In this document: in pieces, positions 22,017-30,614 of the stretch
How positions within the stretch are numbered: the stretch's first letter is position 1
Layout: every line of letters begins with the position of its first letter
NCBI GenBank assembly: GCA_001804915.1
Contig: MHDI01000085.1
Coordinates: 1 to 44,959 of the forward strand
Direction: 5' to 3'
Length of the DNA: 44,959 bases
Source: Nitrospinae bacterium RIFCSPHIGHO2_02_FULL_39_82
GTDB lineage: Bacteria > Nitrospinota > Nitrospinia > UBA9942
Program-made: the position numbers and the translations under genes
The notes under the pieces: generated by a model
The model's database searches: none
Seen by the model: only the letters and a program-made list of their open reading frames with translations
What the model was told of the DNA's origin: nothing

Positions 22017-22790
22017 ATGAAGTTTAAAAGTTCAGCAATATCCAAACAGTTAATTTTTGATTTTAATGCAACACCAAGATTTACCTTTGATAACTTTCTT
22101 GTCTGTGATGAAAATGAGATAGCCCATAAGACATCGCTTTATGTCAGCAAGAACCCCTTTGAAGGAATTAATCCTCTATATATCTGTGGAGGTGAGGGGA
22201 CAGGTAAAACTCACCTTTTAAATGCTATGGGAAATTCAATCAAATCAGCTATGCCCCACCTAAATCTCCTATATGTATCATCATCTGATATATTGGAACG
22301 GTATAATAATACGCTTTCTTACGAAGAAATTATTATTATATCCAAGGAATATAAAAAAGTTGATATATTAATGATTGACGACATACACCTTATCAACAAC
22401 AGAGAAACAATTCAGGAACAGGTATTTCATATTTATAATGAATTGCTCTCAAAGGGTAAAAGAGTTATAGTAGCCGGCAGAAGGTCTCCTGAACAGATAA
22501 CAGGATTGAATGATTATTTAAAATCGAGATTTTTGTCAGGAATGATTATAGCGATAAAATCAAACAAGGATACAATCAAAAAAAGCATATTAAAAAAGAT
22601 GGCATTAGATGAGAATCTAATCATATCCGAGGCATCAGTAGAATATATACTGAATCACTTCAATCGCGAAATAAGTGAGCTTCATAAAGTCATTCAAGAG
22701 ATAAATACCTATTCTATGACTAACAAGAGGAAGGTTACTCCTGAATTAATAAAAGAGGCGATAAGCCTTTCTAAAGGACTTCATCAATGA
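22017..22790 (+). CDS. Hda/DnaA-family AAA+ protein (DnaA domain III only, no DnaA-box-binding domain)
   Basis: FTFDNFLV, Walker A GGEGTGKTHL, Walker B LMIDDIH, SRF (box VII) and C-terminal RKVTPELIKEAI parallel to Hda RKLTIPFVKEIL. The N-terminal QLIFDF resembles the Hda clamp-binding QLSLPL. Confidence 0.78.
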   Translation: MKFKSSAISKQLIFDFNATPRFTFDNFLVCDENEIAHKTSLYVSKNPFEGINPLYICGGEGTGKTHLLNAMGNSIKSAMPHLNLLYVSSSDILERYNNTLSYEEIIIISKEYKKVDILMIDDIHLINNRETIQEQVFHIYNELLSKGKRVIVAGRRSPEQITGLNDYLKSRFLSGMIIAIKSNKDTIKKSILKKMALDENLIISEASVEYILNHFNREISELHKVIQEINTYSMTNKRKVTPELIKEAISLSKGLHQ

Positions 22791-22866
22791 TATGAATGAA
22801 AATTCAAATAGATTTTTCCTTAGAAAAAAATTAAATTTACCCCCTCTATATATATTTGTTAAAAGC

Positions 22867-23670
22867 CTACTTTATGGTTATACCAGCATAACCTACTACC
22901 TGCTCATAATCTCCACTTACCTCTCCCGAGGTCATGTATTTGATTAATTTTGCCTTTTTTGCACCGAGATTTTTACAGGCAATAAGAACTGCAGTTGTTG
23001 GGGCAATCCCACACATTGATATATTATTCCTCTTGACAGTATCGAAAAGCCCCTTCGGATTCAGCTCCAATATCTGCTCAATTGCCATCTTATCTTTTAA
23101 ACTTGCCGATTCATGAGGTTCGTAATGAGTCATATCAGTACTTGCCACAATCAATGTATGTTTATTGAATATCTTAACTGCCTTTGATATTGCCATTCCC
23201 ACATCTTCACATATCTTATAATCTATAGTCATCATGGTAATTGGAACTATTTCAAAGTCTTTTTTGATATATTGGAGGAACGGTATCTGAACTTCCAGAG
23301 AATGTTCATGAATATGTCCTATATTATCAGCCTTTATATATCTGGAATTGGATATAATTGCCCCTGATAATTCGTTATTGATTCTTACCCTTCCATCAGG
23401 TATCTCCCACTCTCCTGAAGCCATAAGAGATACCGTTTCTCCAAGCCCTGTGTGATTTGGACCCACTATAACTACAACATCCGGAATGTTTATGCTTGAA
23501 TAAACGGCACCTGCTACTGCACCTGAGTATATATAACCTGCATGAGGAGATACAACTCCCAAGACATCATTTTTTTCCATAGATTCAATCATAAATTCCC
23601 TTATCTGTCTTTTTAAAGCATCAGGTGAGGAAGGATAAAATCTTCCTGCTACTGCCGGTCTTCTTATCAT
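22867..23670 (-). CDS. AmmeMemoRadiSam system protein B (MEMO1 family)
   Basis: RRPAVAGRFYP N-terminus, then SPHAGYIYSG, HSLEVQIPFL and STDMTHY. Confidence 0.88.
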   Translation of the reverse strand: MIRRPAVAGRFYPSSPDALKRQIREFMIESMEKNDVLGVVSPHAGYIYSGAVAGAVYSSINIPDVVVIVGPNHTGLGETVSLMASGEWEIPDGRVRINNELSGAIISNSRYIKADNIGHIHEHSLEVQIPFLQYIKKDFEIVPITMMTIDYKICEDVGMAISKAVKIFNKHTLIVASTDMTHYEPHESASLKDKMAIEQILELNPKGLFDTVKRNNISMCGIAPTTAVLIACKNLGAKKAKLIKYMTSGEVSGDYEQVVGYAGITIK

Positions 23671-23924
23671 AAAACCTCCTATGTTTTAAAATGTTCTTGC
23701 GAATAAAAAAGTTTTCTGTTAAATTTTACATTATGAAAAAAACAGATTATCTCCACGATATATGCTTATAATATTATCCCTAACTCTGACTTTGTCAAAT
23801 CTGTCGGGAAGATAGCTACCTATTACATAAGAAAGATAGAGATACCAATTGCGGGAGAAATATTTGAAAACGGGAATGGGTAAACGGCATCTTCAGAATC
23901 GTTTGAAACGTTTCCTATCTCTAA

Positions 23925-24001
<77 letters not shown>

Positions 24002-24074
24002 TAAAATTTCAATAGATGTTATCTTCTATAAATTTTATCACTCCTAAGTTATTTTTGTTCTATCTATTTTTTTG

Positions 24075-24103
24075 TTGCAGTAGTCTGCAATTAATGACAT
24101 AAT
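24075..24103 (+). promoter_or_regulatory. Candidate sigma70-type promoter (TTGCAG-17-CATAAT) upstream of typA
   Basis: Read directly. The -35 hexamer is half of a perfect palindrome, TTGCAG-tagt-CTGCAA (24075..24090). It would give a 5' UTR of about 160 nt. Confidence 0.4.
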
Positions 24104-24268
24104 AAATTAACCTTCCATTATTTATATATTCCCTAAAAATATTTTGGCGGAAGATAAAAATCTGATTTTCTGATTAGATGGGAGATTGTTATTTCTGAAT
24201 TACCATATATCCAATTGATGTAAGGGTTACAAAATACAGGAATAGGTTTTTAGAAGGGATAAGTAAGT

Positions 24269-26083
24269 ATGCATGTAAATAAAATAAGAAATATAGGGAT
24301 AATTGCACATGTAGACCATGGCAAAACAACTCTGGTTGATGCCATGCTGAGGCAGTCAGGAGTTTTCCGGGAAAATGAACAGGTTATTGAGAGGGTTATG
24401 GACAGTAATGAACTTGAGAGAGAGCGGGGTATTACTATATTTTCTAAGAACGCCTCTATCTTTTATAAAGATTTCAAAATAAATATTGTTGATACACCAG
24501 GACACGCCGATTTTGGCGGAGAGGTAGAGAGGATACTTAGAATGGTGGATGGAGTTTTACTTTTGGTTGATGCATGTGATGGGCCAATGCCGCAGACCCG
24601 ATTTGTATTGAAAAAATCTCTTGAGCTTGACCTTAAGCCTGTAGTAGTAATCAACAAGATAGATAGGTCAGAGGCAAGACCTGAACAGGTCTTAAATGGG
24701 ATATTTGACCTCTTTGTCAATCTGGATGCGAACGATGACCAGCTTGATTTTCCTGTTGTATATACCTCTGCAAAACATGGAATAGCTATGTTGAATATGG
24801 AAGATAAGGGCAGGGATATAAAACCACTCTTTGAAACAATTATAAGATATGTACCACCACCGCCAGGTGATGGCAAATCTCCTTTTCAAATGCTTGTTAC
24901 AACAATAGATTACAATAATTATCTGGGGAGGATTGCAATCGGGAAGATAGCCAGTGGAGTTGTAAGAACAGGAGACCAAATAATACTTGTAAGGAAAGAT
25001 GGAAGTGTTGAATCAGGGAAGATATTAAAACTTCTGGGTTATCATGGATTGAAACAGATTGAAATTGATGAGACTATATATGGAGATATTGTAGCAATTG
25101 CAGGCTTAAAAGATGTAGATATTGGAGATACTATATCAGATGTATCATATCCTCTCCCACTACCATATACGAAGATTGATGAACCTACTCTATCTATAAA
25201 CCTTATGGTCAATACAAGTCCTTTTGCTGGTCAGGATGGAAAATTTGTAACCTCAAGACAATTGAGAGAAAGGCTTTTAAAGGAACTGAAAAGTAATGTC
25301 AGTCTAAAAATAGAAGAGATGGAAGGTGGTGATACATTTAAAATATGCGGAAGAGGAGAACTTCATCTCGGCATACTCATAGAAACTATGAGGAGGGAGG
25401 GATATGAATTTCAGGTGTCAAAACCAGAGGTAATATTAAAAAAAGAAAATGGAATTGTTATGGAGCCTGTAGAATGGCTCATTATTGATGTGGAAGAGGA
25501 TCATTTAGGAAAGATAATAGAGAAATTAGGACAGAGAAGAGGAGAGATGAAAAATATGATTCCCCTTGGGAGAGGTGTAAAACGATTAGAATATACAGTT
25601 CCTGCAAGAGGATTGCTAGGGTTTAGGTCAGAACTTATGACTGAAACAAAAGGTACAGCAATTATGCACCACTCATTTCATGGATATGCTCCTTACCGTG
25701 GTGAAATATCCTACAGGGTGAATGGTGTTCTCATCGCAATGGAAAATGGAATCTCTACAACTTATGCATTAAATAATCTTCAGGAGAGGGGTAAACTCTT
25801 TATTGATTCAGCTACTGATGTATATGAAGGCATGATAATCGGAGAAAATGCCAGAGAAGGAGACATGGTGGTAAACCCCTGCAAAGGGAAAAAACTTACA
25901 AATGTAAGGGCAGCAGGGTCAGATGACACAATAAAAATAACTCCACCTGTTAAAATGAGTCTGGAACAGGCATTGGAATATATTGAAGAAGACGAACTCG
26001 TAGAGATAACCCCCCAAAATATTCGTCTTAGAAAAAAGTATCTGTCCGCAAGTGAAAGAAAAAGGAAAGAGAGAGTCGCTTAA
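24269..26083 (+). CDS. typA: Translational GTPase TypA/BipA
   Basis: IRNIGIIAHVDHGKTTLVD, DTPGHADFGGEV, NKIDR and a BipA-specific C-terminal domain. Length 604 aa. Confidence 0.95.
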   Translation: MHVNKIRNIGIIAHVDHGKTTLVDAMLRQSGVFRENEQVIERVMDSNELERERGITIFSKNASIFYKDFKINIVDTPGHADFGGEVERILRMVDGVLLLVDACDGPMPQTRFVLKKSLELDLKPVVVINKIDRSEARPEQVLNGIFDLFVNLDANDDQLDFPVVYTSAKHGIAMLNMEDKGRDIKPLFETIIRYVPPPPGDGKSPFQMLVTTIDYNNYLGRIAIGKIASGVVRTGDQIILVRKDGSVESGKILKLLGYHGLKQIEIDETIYGDIVAIAGLKDVDIGDTISDVSYPLPLPYTKIDEPTLSINLMVNTSPFAGQDGKFVTSRQLRERLLKELKSNVSLKIEEMEGGDTFKICGRGELHLGILIETMRREGYEFQVSKPEVILKKENGIVMEPVEWLIIDVEEDHLGKIIEKLGQRRGEMKNMIPLGRGVKRLEYTVPARGLLGFRSELMTETKGTAIMHHSFHGYAPYRGEISYRVNGVLIAMENGISTTYALNNLQERGKLFIDSATDVYEGMIIGENAREGDMVVNPCKGKKLTNVRAAGSDDTIKITPPVKMSLEQALEYIEEDELVEITPQNIRLRKKYLSASERKRKERVA

Positions 26084-26322
26084 ATTTTAACGATAGACAC
26101 CTATAGAATTATTAACAAAAATTGTTGATACCTTGTGGAAAACCTCTTCCAATATGTTATTCTTGCTAATAATTTTTCAAAATGCTTAAATTTTAATCAA
26201 ACCACAACACTCAATATATCAATATTATATGATAACCTTTTGATTTTTTTACAATTTCTCTTGAATGATAATTTTACCCCAAAGAACATTTCAACAAAAT
26301 AAAGGAAATCCTTTTCTATTTC

Positions 26323-27462
26323 TTAATTTTTATTTATATTATTGCTTCCTTTTAGCATTAAAATCACGATGATAAAAAACAGTAAAACTGCTTGAATTAT
26401 CAGAAGTATTGCATCAATTATTCTGCCATGTTTCAGGACTATTGCACTTATACCCATAGATGCTGAAAGAAGATATATAAACAATACAGTCTGTCTCTTG
26501 CTCAGCCCTAAATTTGACAGACGATGATGAAGGTGATCTTTTCCAACAAAACCTATCCATTCCTTAAATGTCTTCACCTTACCTGTTGCAATTCTGGAAA
26601 TTGTAATATATGTCATATCAAATATTAATACACTTAATATAAGGGTAGGCATACTGTATGCCTTTACAGGCTCATTTGTTGCCCATCCCATCATTACCGT
26701 AAGACTTGAAACCATAAACCCCATAAAAGTGCTTCCGGTATCCCCAAGAAAAATAGATGCAGGATGACTATATCTAAAATTGTATGGTAAAAACCCAAGT
26801 GAACTTCCTAAAATGGCTATTGAGAGAAACATTACATAATTCTGACCTGTTTGTATAGCAACTATGCTTATATAAAATAATGAAATGGCTGTCAATCCTG
26901 TTGCAAGTCCATCCATTCCATCTATAAAATTCATCGCATTTGTTATCCCTATTATCCACAGATATGTAATCAATATTTCAAGGATATCACCCCACCATAC
27001 AGGAGGCATAAAACTTAAGATAACACCATAATACATCATTATTGATGCAGCGATTATCTGCATAAGGAGTTTTATTTTTGCAGACAACCCAAAAATATCA
27101 TCCGTAAAACCTGTGAGCATAACTATTGTTGAAGCAATAGCAACACCTTTCAATTCTAGTGAAAATTGAAAATTATAAATCACTACCGATGCAAAGGCGA
27201 TATATACAGCTAACCCTCCCAGCCGTGGTGTGGGGAATTGGTGGATTTTCCTTTCATCCGGTTTATCAACAACCCCTATTTTAAGTGCCAGTAACCTCAC
27301 GAGGGGGGTTGTGAAATATGACACCAAAAAGGAGAGGGATAAAATGTAAAACCATTTAATCTCTGTAATTTTAGAGAAAAGCCCTGTCTTAGAAAAAAGG
27401 AGTGCAAAAAATATAAATACAGGTATCAGATAAAGAAAGAAAATTTTTACAAGTCTATTCAA
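26323..27462 (-). CDS. MraY/WecA-family (GT4) polyprenyl-phosphate N-acetylhexosamine-1-phosphate transferase
   Basis: About 10-11 TM helices with NAMNFIDGMDGLA and FLGDTGSTFMGF motifs. Confidence 0.88.
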   Translation of the reverse strand: MNRLVKIFFLYLIPVFIFFALLFSKTGLFSKITEIKWFYILSLSFLVSYFTTPLVRLLALKIGVVDKPDERKIHQFPTPRLGGLAVYIAFASVVIYNFQFSLELKGVAIASTIVMLTGFTDDIFGLSAKIKLLMQIIAASIMMYYGVILSFMPPVWWGDILEILITYLWIIGITNAMNFIDGMDGLATGLTAISLFYISIVAIQTGQNYVMFLSIAILGSSLGFLPYNFRYSHPASIFLGDTGSTFMGFMVSSLTVMMGWATNEPVKAYSMPTLILSVLIFDMTYITISRIATGKVKTFKEWIGFVGKDHLHHRLSNLGLSKRQTVLFIYLLSASMGISAIVLKHGRIIDAILLIIQAVLLFFIIVILMLKGSNNINKN

Positions 27463-28582
27463 TTTTTATCCTCCACCATTTTTCAGCAACCTTGAGTATT
27501 TTCTTTACTTCATCATTACTAAGAGAAGGATATATAGGGATTGATATTAATTCATTCCATACCCTATCAGTTTCAGGGAAACCACCCCCCCATTTATCCC
27601 CCCCTTGCGAAGGGGGGGATGGAGGGGGGGTAAGATACCTATGGATTGGTTTGAACACAGGTCGCATACATTTTACACCATTATCCTCAAAAAACTTTAA
27701 ATCCTCCTCCAATCCCACCTTCATCCCCCCTTTTGTAAAGGGGGACAGAGGGGGATTTCTTCTTATTACATACCTAAAATATATATGTTCACTTTCTGGA
27801 TAGACTTTCGGAATTGCTATCCCCAAATTAGAAAATCTATTATTGTATAAATTGGCAATCTCCCTCCTCCTTGATATAAATGAATCAAGCCTCTTTAATT
27901 GAGAAATCCCAAGGGCAGCCTGCATATCTGTCATCTTATAGTTGTATCTTATTATATAATTAGCCTTATGGTCGTATTCCCTCAAATCCCTGATATTTTC
28001 TAATATTTTATCTGAATTTGAGACAACCATCCCCCCTTCACCTGTTGTCATCACCTTTGTAGCATAAAAAGAAAATATTGCACAATGACCAAAGCTTCCT
28101 GCTTTCTTATCTTTATATGAAGCCCCTACAGACTGGGCACAGTCTTCAATAACAGGGATGCCGATACTTAATATATCTTTAATATCGGCAGGGAGTCCAA
28201 AAATATGTGGGACGATAACAGCCCTCGTCTTCTTCGTCAATTTTTTTTTCAAATCTGCGGGAGAAATATTATATGAATCAGGATTTATATCTATAAGCAA
28301 TGGCCTTGCCCCTGTATAGTTAACGGCATTAAGGAGGGCAGGACAGATGTAGCTTGGAATGGCAACATCATCCCCCTCTTTTATACCAAGTGCTATAAGT
28401 GATAGGTGAAGAGCAGCGGTGCCAGAATTTACAGCTACTCCACCTTTAACACCAATATACCTTGCCATATCAGATTCAAATCTTTCTACAACTTTTCCCT
28501 GAGAGACATAACCCGAATTTATCACATCAACTACTGCTAAGGCTTCTTCTTTATTTAAAGTAGGTTTTGAGTGGGGAATCAT
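27455..28582 (-). CDS. DegT/DnrJ/EryC1/StrS-family PLP-dependent sugar aminotransferase carrying two in-frame Pro/Gly-rich insertions
   Basis: NSGTAALHL, DCAQSVGA and FSFYATKVMTTGEGG (PLP Lys) are present. Insertions read NPPLSPFTKGGMKVG and TPPPSPPSQGGDKWGG. There is an 8-nt overlap with the downstream GT4 gene. Confidence 0.9.
   Translation of the reverse strand: MIPHSKPTLNKEEALAVVDVINSGYVSQGKVVERFESDMARYIGVKGGVAVNSGTAALHLSLIALGIKEGDDVAIPSYICPALLNAVNYTGARPLLIDINPDSYNISPADLKKKLTKKTRAVIVPHIFGLPADIKDILSIGIPVIEDCAQSVGASYKDKKAGSFGHCAIFSFYATKVMTTGEGGMVVSNSDKILENIRDLREYDHKANYIIRYNYKMTDMQAALGISQLKRLDSFISRRREIANLYNNRFSNLGIAIPKVYPESEHIYFRYVIRRNPPLSPFTKGGMKVGLEEDLKFFEDNGVKCMRPVFKPIHRYLTPPPSPPSQGGDKWGGGFPETDRVWNELISIPIYPSLSNDEVKKILKVAEKWWRIKIE
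27585..27630. repeat. GC-rich nested palindrome C7-N6-C7-N7-G7-N5-G7 inserted in frame in the DegT CDS
   Basis: Read directly as ccccccc atttat ccccccc ttgcgaa ggggggg atgga ggggggg. Its composition contrasts sharply with the AT-rich surroundings. Confidence 0.8.
27714..27754. repeat. Degenerate second copy of the GC-rich nested palindrome, also in frame in the DegT CDS
   Basis: cccacc ttcat cccccc ttttgtaaa ggggg acaga ggggg. It has the same architecture and orientation as 27585..27630. Confidence 0.7.
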
Positions 28583-28612
28583 ACAAAAAAGTAATATGAA
28601 CTTTATAACTAT

Positions 28613-29638
28613 TTATAGTTTCATCTGTGCTTCTGCATCCATATTGTAGAAAACATCTCCATTTTTATCCTTTATAAATCTATGGTGCCCTGCACATGCA
28701 ATCATTGCAGCATTGTCCGTACATAGGACAGGGCTTGGGTAATACACGGTGATACCTTCTTCAATCCCCCTTTTCTGCATACTATCTCTCAAAAGTTTAT
28801 TTGATGCAACACCGCCGGCTATTACAATAGTTTTTACATTATACATTTTTGCTGCTAAAAATGCCTTATTAATTAACACATCCACTACTGCCTGCTGAAA
28901 ACTTGCTGATATATCAGGTAAAGACATTACTGATGTTGAGTAGGGTGGAATGAAACCATCAATATAATTTTTTAGTGCTGTCTTCACGCCGCTGAAGCTG
29001 AAATCAAGAGAGTCTTTGTCCATATATGCCCTCGGAAAATTTATTGATAACGGATTCCCGCCAATGGCAGCCTTCTCAATGGCAGGGCCGCCGGGATACC
29101 CCAGTTTAAGCATCTTTGAAGCCTTATCAAATGCCTCACCTGCCGCATCATCCCTGCTCCTTCCGAGTGCCTTATATTTCCCGAAACCCTCAACCAGATA
29201 AAGTTCTGTATGCCCACCTGAAACGAGGAGGGAGATAAATGGAAAAGATATATCAGGCTTTTCCAAAAAAATGGATAAGATATGACCCTCCAGGTGATTT
29301 ATGCCAATTAGGGGTTTTTTCAGTACATAGGCAATCGCCTTTGCAGTTGAAAGACCAACAAGGAGGGCTACTATAAGACCAGGTCCTCTGGTTACAGCAA
29401 AAAGGTCTATATCATTAATATTAATCCCTGCCTTATTCAGTGCCTCCTTTATGACAGGGCTTATATTCTCAATATGCCTGCGGCAGGCAAGCTCAGGGAC
29501 AACACCGCCATATCTATTATGTATCTCATGCTGTGAAGCGATAATATTTGATTTAATTTTAATGCCGTGTTCACGAGAAACCTCTACTACTGCCGCCGCA
29601 GTCTCATCACACGAAGTCTCAATTCCGAGGATTAACAT
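28613..29638 (-). CDS. tsaD: tRNA N6-adenosine threonylcarbamoyltransferase TsaD
   Basis: ILGIETSCDETA, HLEGHI, SGGHT, DDAAGEAFDK and GGVASN motifs. Length 341 aa. Confidence 0.95.
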   Translation of the reverse strand: MLILGIETSCDETAAAVVEVSREHGIKIKSNIIASQHEIHNRYGGVVPELACRRHIENISPVIKEALNKAGININDIDLFAVTRGPGLIVALLVGLSTAKAIAYVLKKPLIGINHLEGHILSIFLEKPDISFPFISLLVSGGHTELYLVEGFGKYKALGRSRDDAAGEAFDKASKMLKLGYPGGPAIEKAAIGGNPLSINFPRAYMDKDSLDFSFSGVKTALKNYIDGFIPPYSTSVMSLPDISASFQQAVVDVLINKAFLAAKMYNVKTIVIAGGVASNKLLRDSMQKRGIEEGITVYYPSPVLCTDNAAMIACAGHHRFIKDKNGDVFYNMDAEAQMKL

Positions 29639-29640
29639 AT

Positions 29641-29695
29641 TAGTCTAAAAGTCTAAGAGTTGTTTTCACTTTTAGTCTTTTAGACTCTTAGACTG
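29641..29695. repeat. Intercistronic inverted array of 8-nt repeats (AGTCTAAR) forming a roughly 20-bp hairpin (16/20 paired)
   Basis: tagtctaaaagtctaagagt - loop - (ttttag)tcttttagactcttagactg. It lies between the yibQ-like stop (29700) and the tsaD start (29638). Confidence 0.7.
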
Positions 29696-29699
29696 AATT

Positions 29700-30554
29700 T
29701 CAATTCACCAACTCTGAAACCGGTACTATCTCTATACCTTTTTCCTTTATCACAGCAACCATTTTCTGGAGGGCTGAAAGGGTCTGGTGGTGTGGATGTC
29801 CTATTCCTATTGCCGAACCATTTTTCTGGGATAAATTTATTAATTTCTCTATCTGCCCTTTTATATACTCTTCATCTTCTATGTTATCAAGGAACACATT
29901 ACGACGGGCAGTCTTAACTCCAGACTTCTTAGCTGTCTGGTATCCCATGGACTTTGGGGTTGTAAAACTATCAATAAAAAAGAGATTTTTGTTTTTCAGG
30001 ATTTCCATGACATATTTTGTATATTGCCCATTTTCCGTAAATTTAGAACCCATATGATTATTTACACCGACTATGTGTGGTATTGAAGATATGTAATCTG
30101 TAATTAAGATATTAATATCATCCTTATCCATTTTATCTGTCAGTTGTTTTAAAAAGGGGGGTTCAGCTATATCTCCATGCGGTTCCATAGGCAGATGCAG
30201 GAGGACATCTCTTCCTTTAAATCCTGCCTCATCGGCAATTGTTTTTGAAAATTTCAGATTGGGTAGAATAGAAAAGGATATAGAAGCATCTATATCAAGA
30301 AAAGCCTTTGCAATTTCCTTATTCCATCCGAGGTCGTCTATTATAATTGCTACTTTCTTTACATCCGATTTTAAATTGTCTCTTGATACTATGGAATTTT
30401 CTAATTCAAGGGGTATCCTGTCATAAACTTCATACCTAAATTCCCTATTTTTGTTTCCATTCTGTTTGTATAATACTATCCCCAGACTGACCAATAAAAT
30501 AATTATTATGGTAAAGATTATGGTCCATAGTTTATAAAAACCTGATTTTTTCAT
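29700..30554 (-). CDS. Divergent polysaccharide deacetylase family protein (YibQ-like)
   Basis: N-terminal TM followed by VAIIIDDLG, LLHLPMEP, NNHMGS and IGHPH motifs. Confidence 0.85.
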   Translation of the reverse strand: MKKSGFYKLWTIIFTIIIILLVSLGIVLYKQNGNKNREFRYEVYDRIPLELENSIVSRDNLKSDVKKVAIIIDDLGWNKEIAKAFLDIDASISFSILPNLKFSKTIADEAGFKGRDVLLHLPMEPHGDIAEPPFLKQLTDKMDKDDINILITDYISSIPHIVGVNNHMGSKFTENGQYTKYVMEILKNKNLFFIDSFTTPKSMGYQTAKKSGVKTARRNVFLDNIEDEEYIKGQIEKLINLSQKNGSAIGIGHPHHQTLSALQKMVAVIKEKGIEIVPVSELVN

Positions 30555-30560
30555 GAACCA

Positions 30561-30605
30561 ATAAAAAAGCTCAGGGCAAGGAGTTCAGAATTTTAAACTC
30601 TGAGC
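30561..30605 (-). terminator. Hairpin plus T-run (intrinsic-terminator-like) just downstream of ctp, 8 nt before the yibQ-like start
   Basis: Minus strand reads GCTCAGAG-N21-CCCTGAGC followed by TTTTTTATT. An inner alternative pairing GAGTT/AACTC exists. It probably attenuates rather than fully terminates, because the next gene has no room for a promoter. Confidence 0.45.
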
Positions 30606-30614
30606 CACTAACTC

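Noticed and set aside
26952-26960. Perfect DnaA-box consensus TTATCCACA (with a near-copy TGTTATCCC just upstream)
   Set aside because: It is a single box inside the GT4 transferase CDS, with no cluster, no AT-rich unwinding element and no dnaA/dnaN nearby. It is most likely chance.
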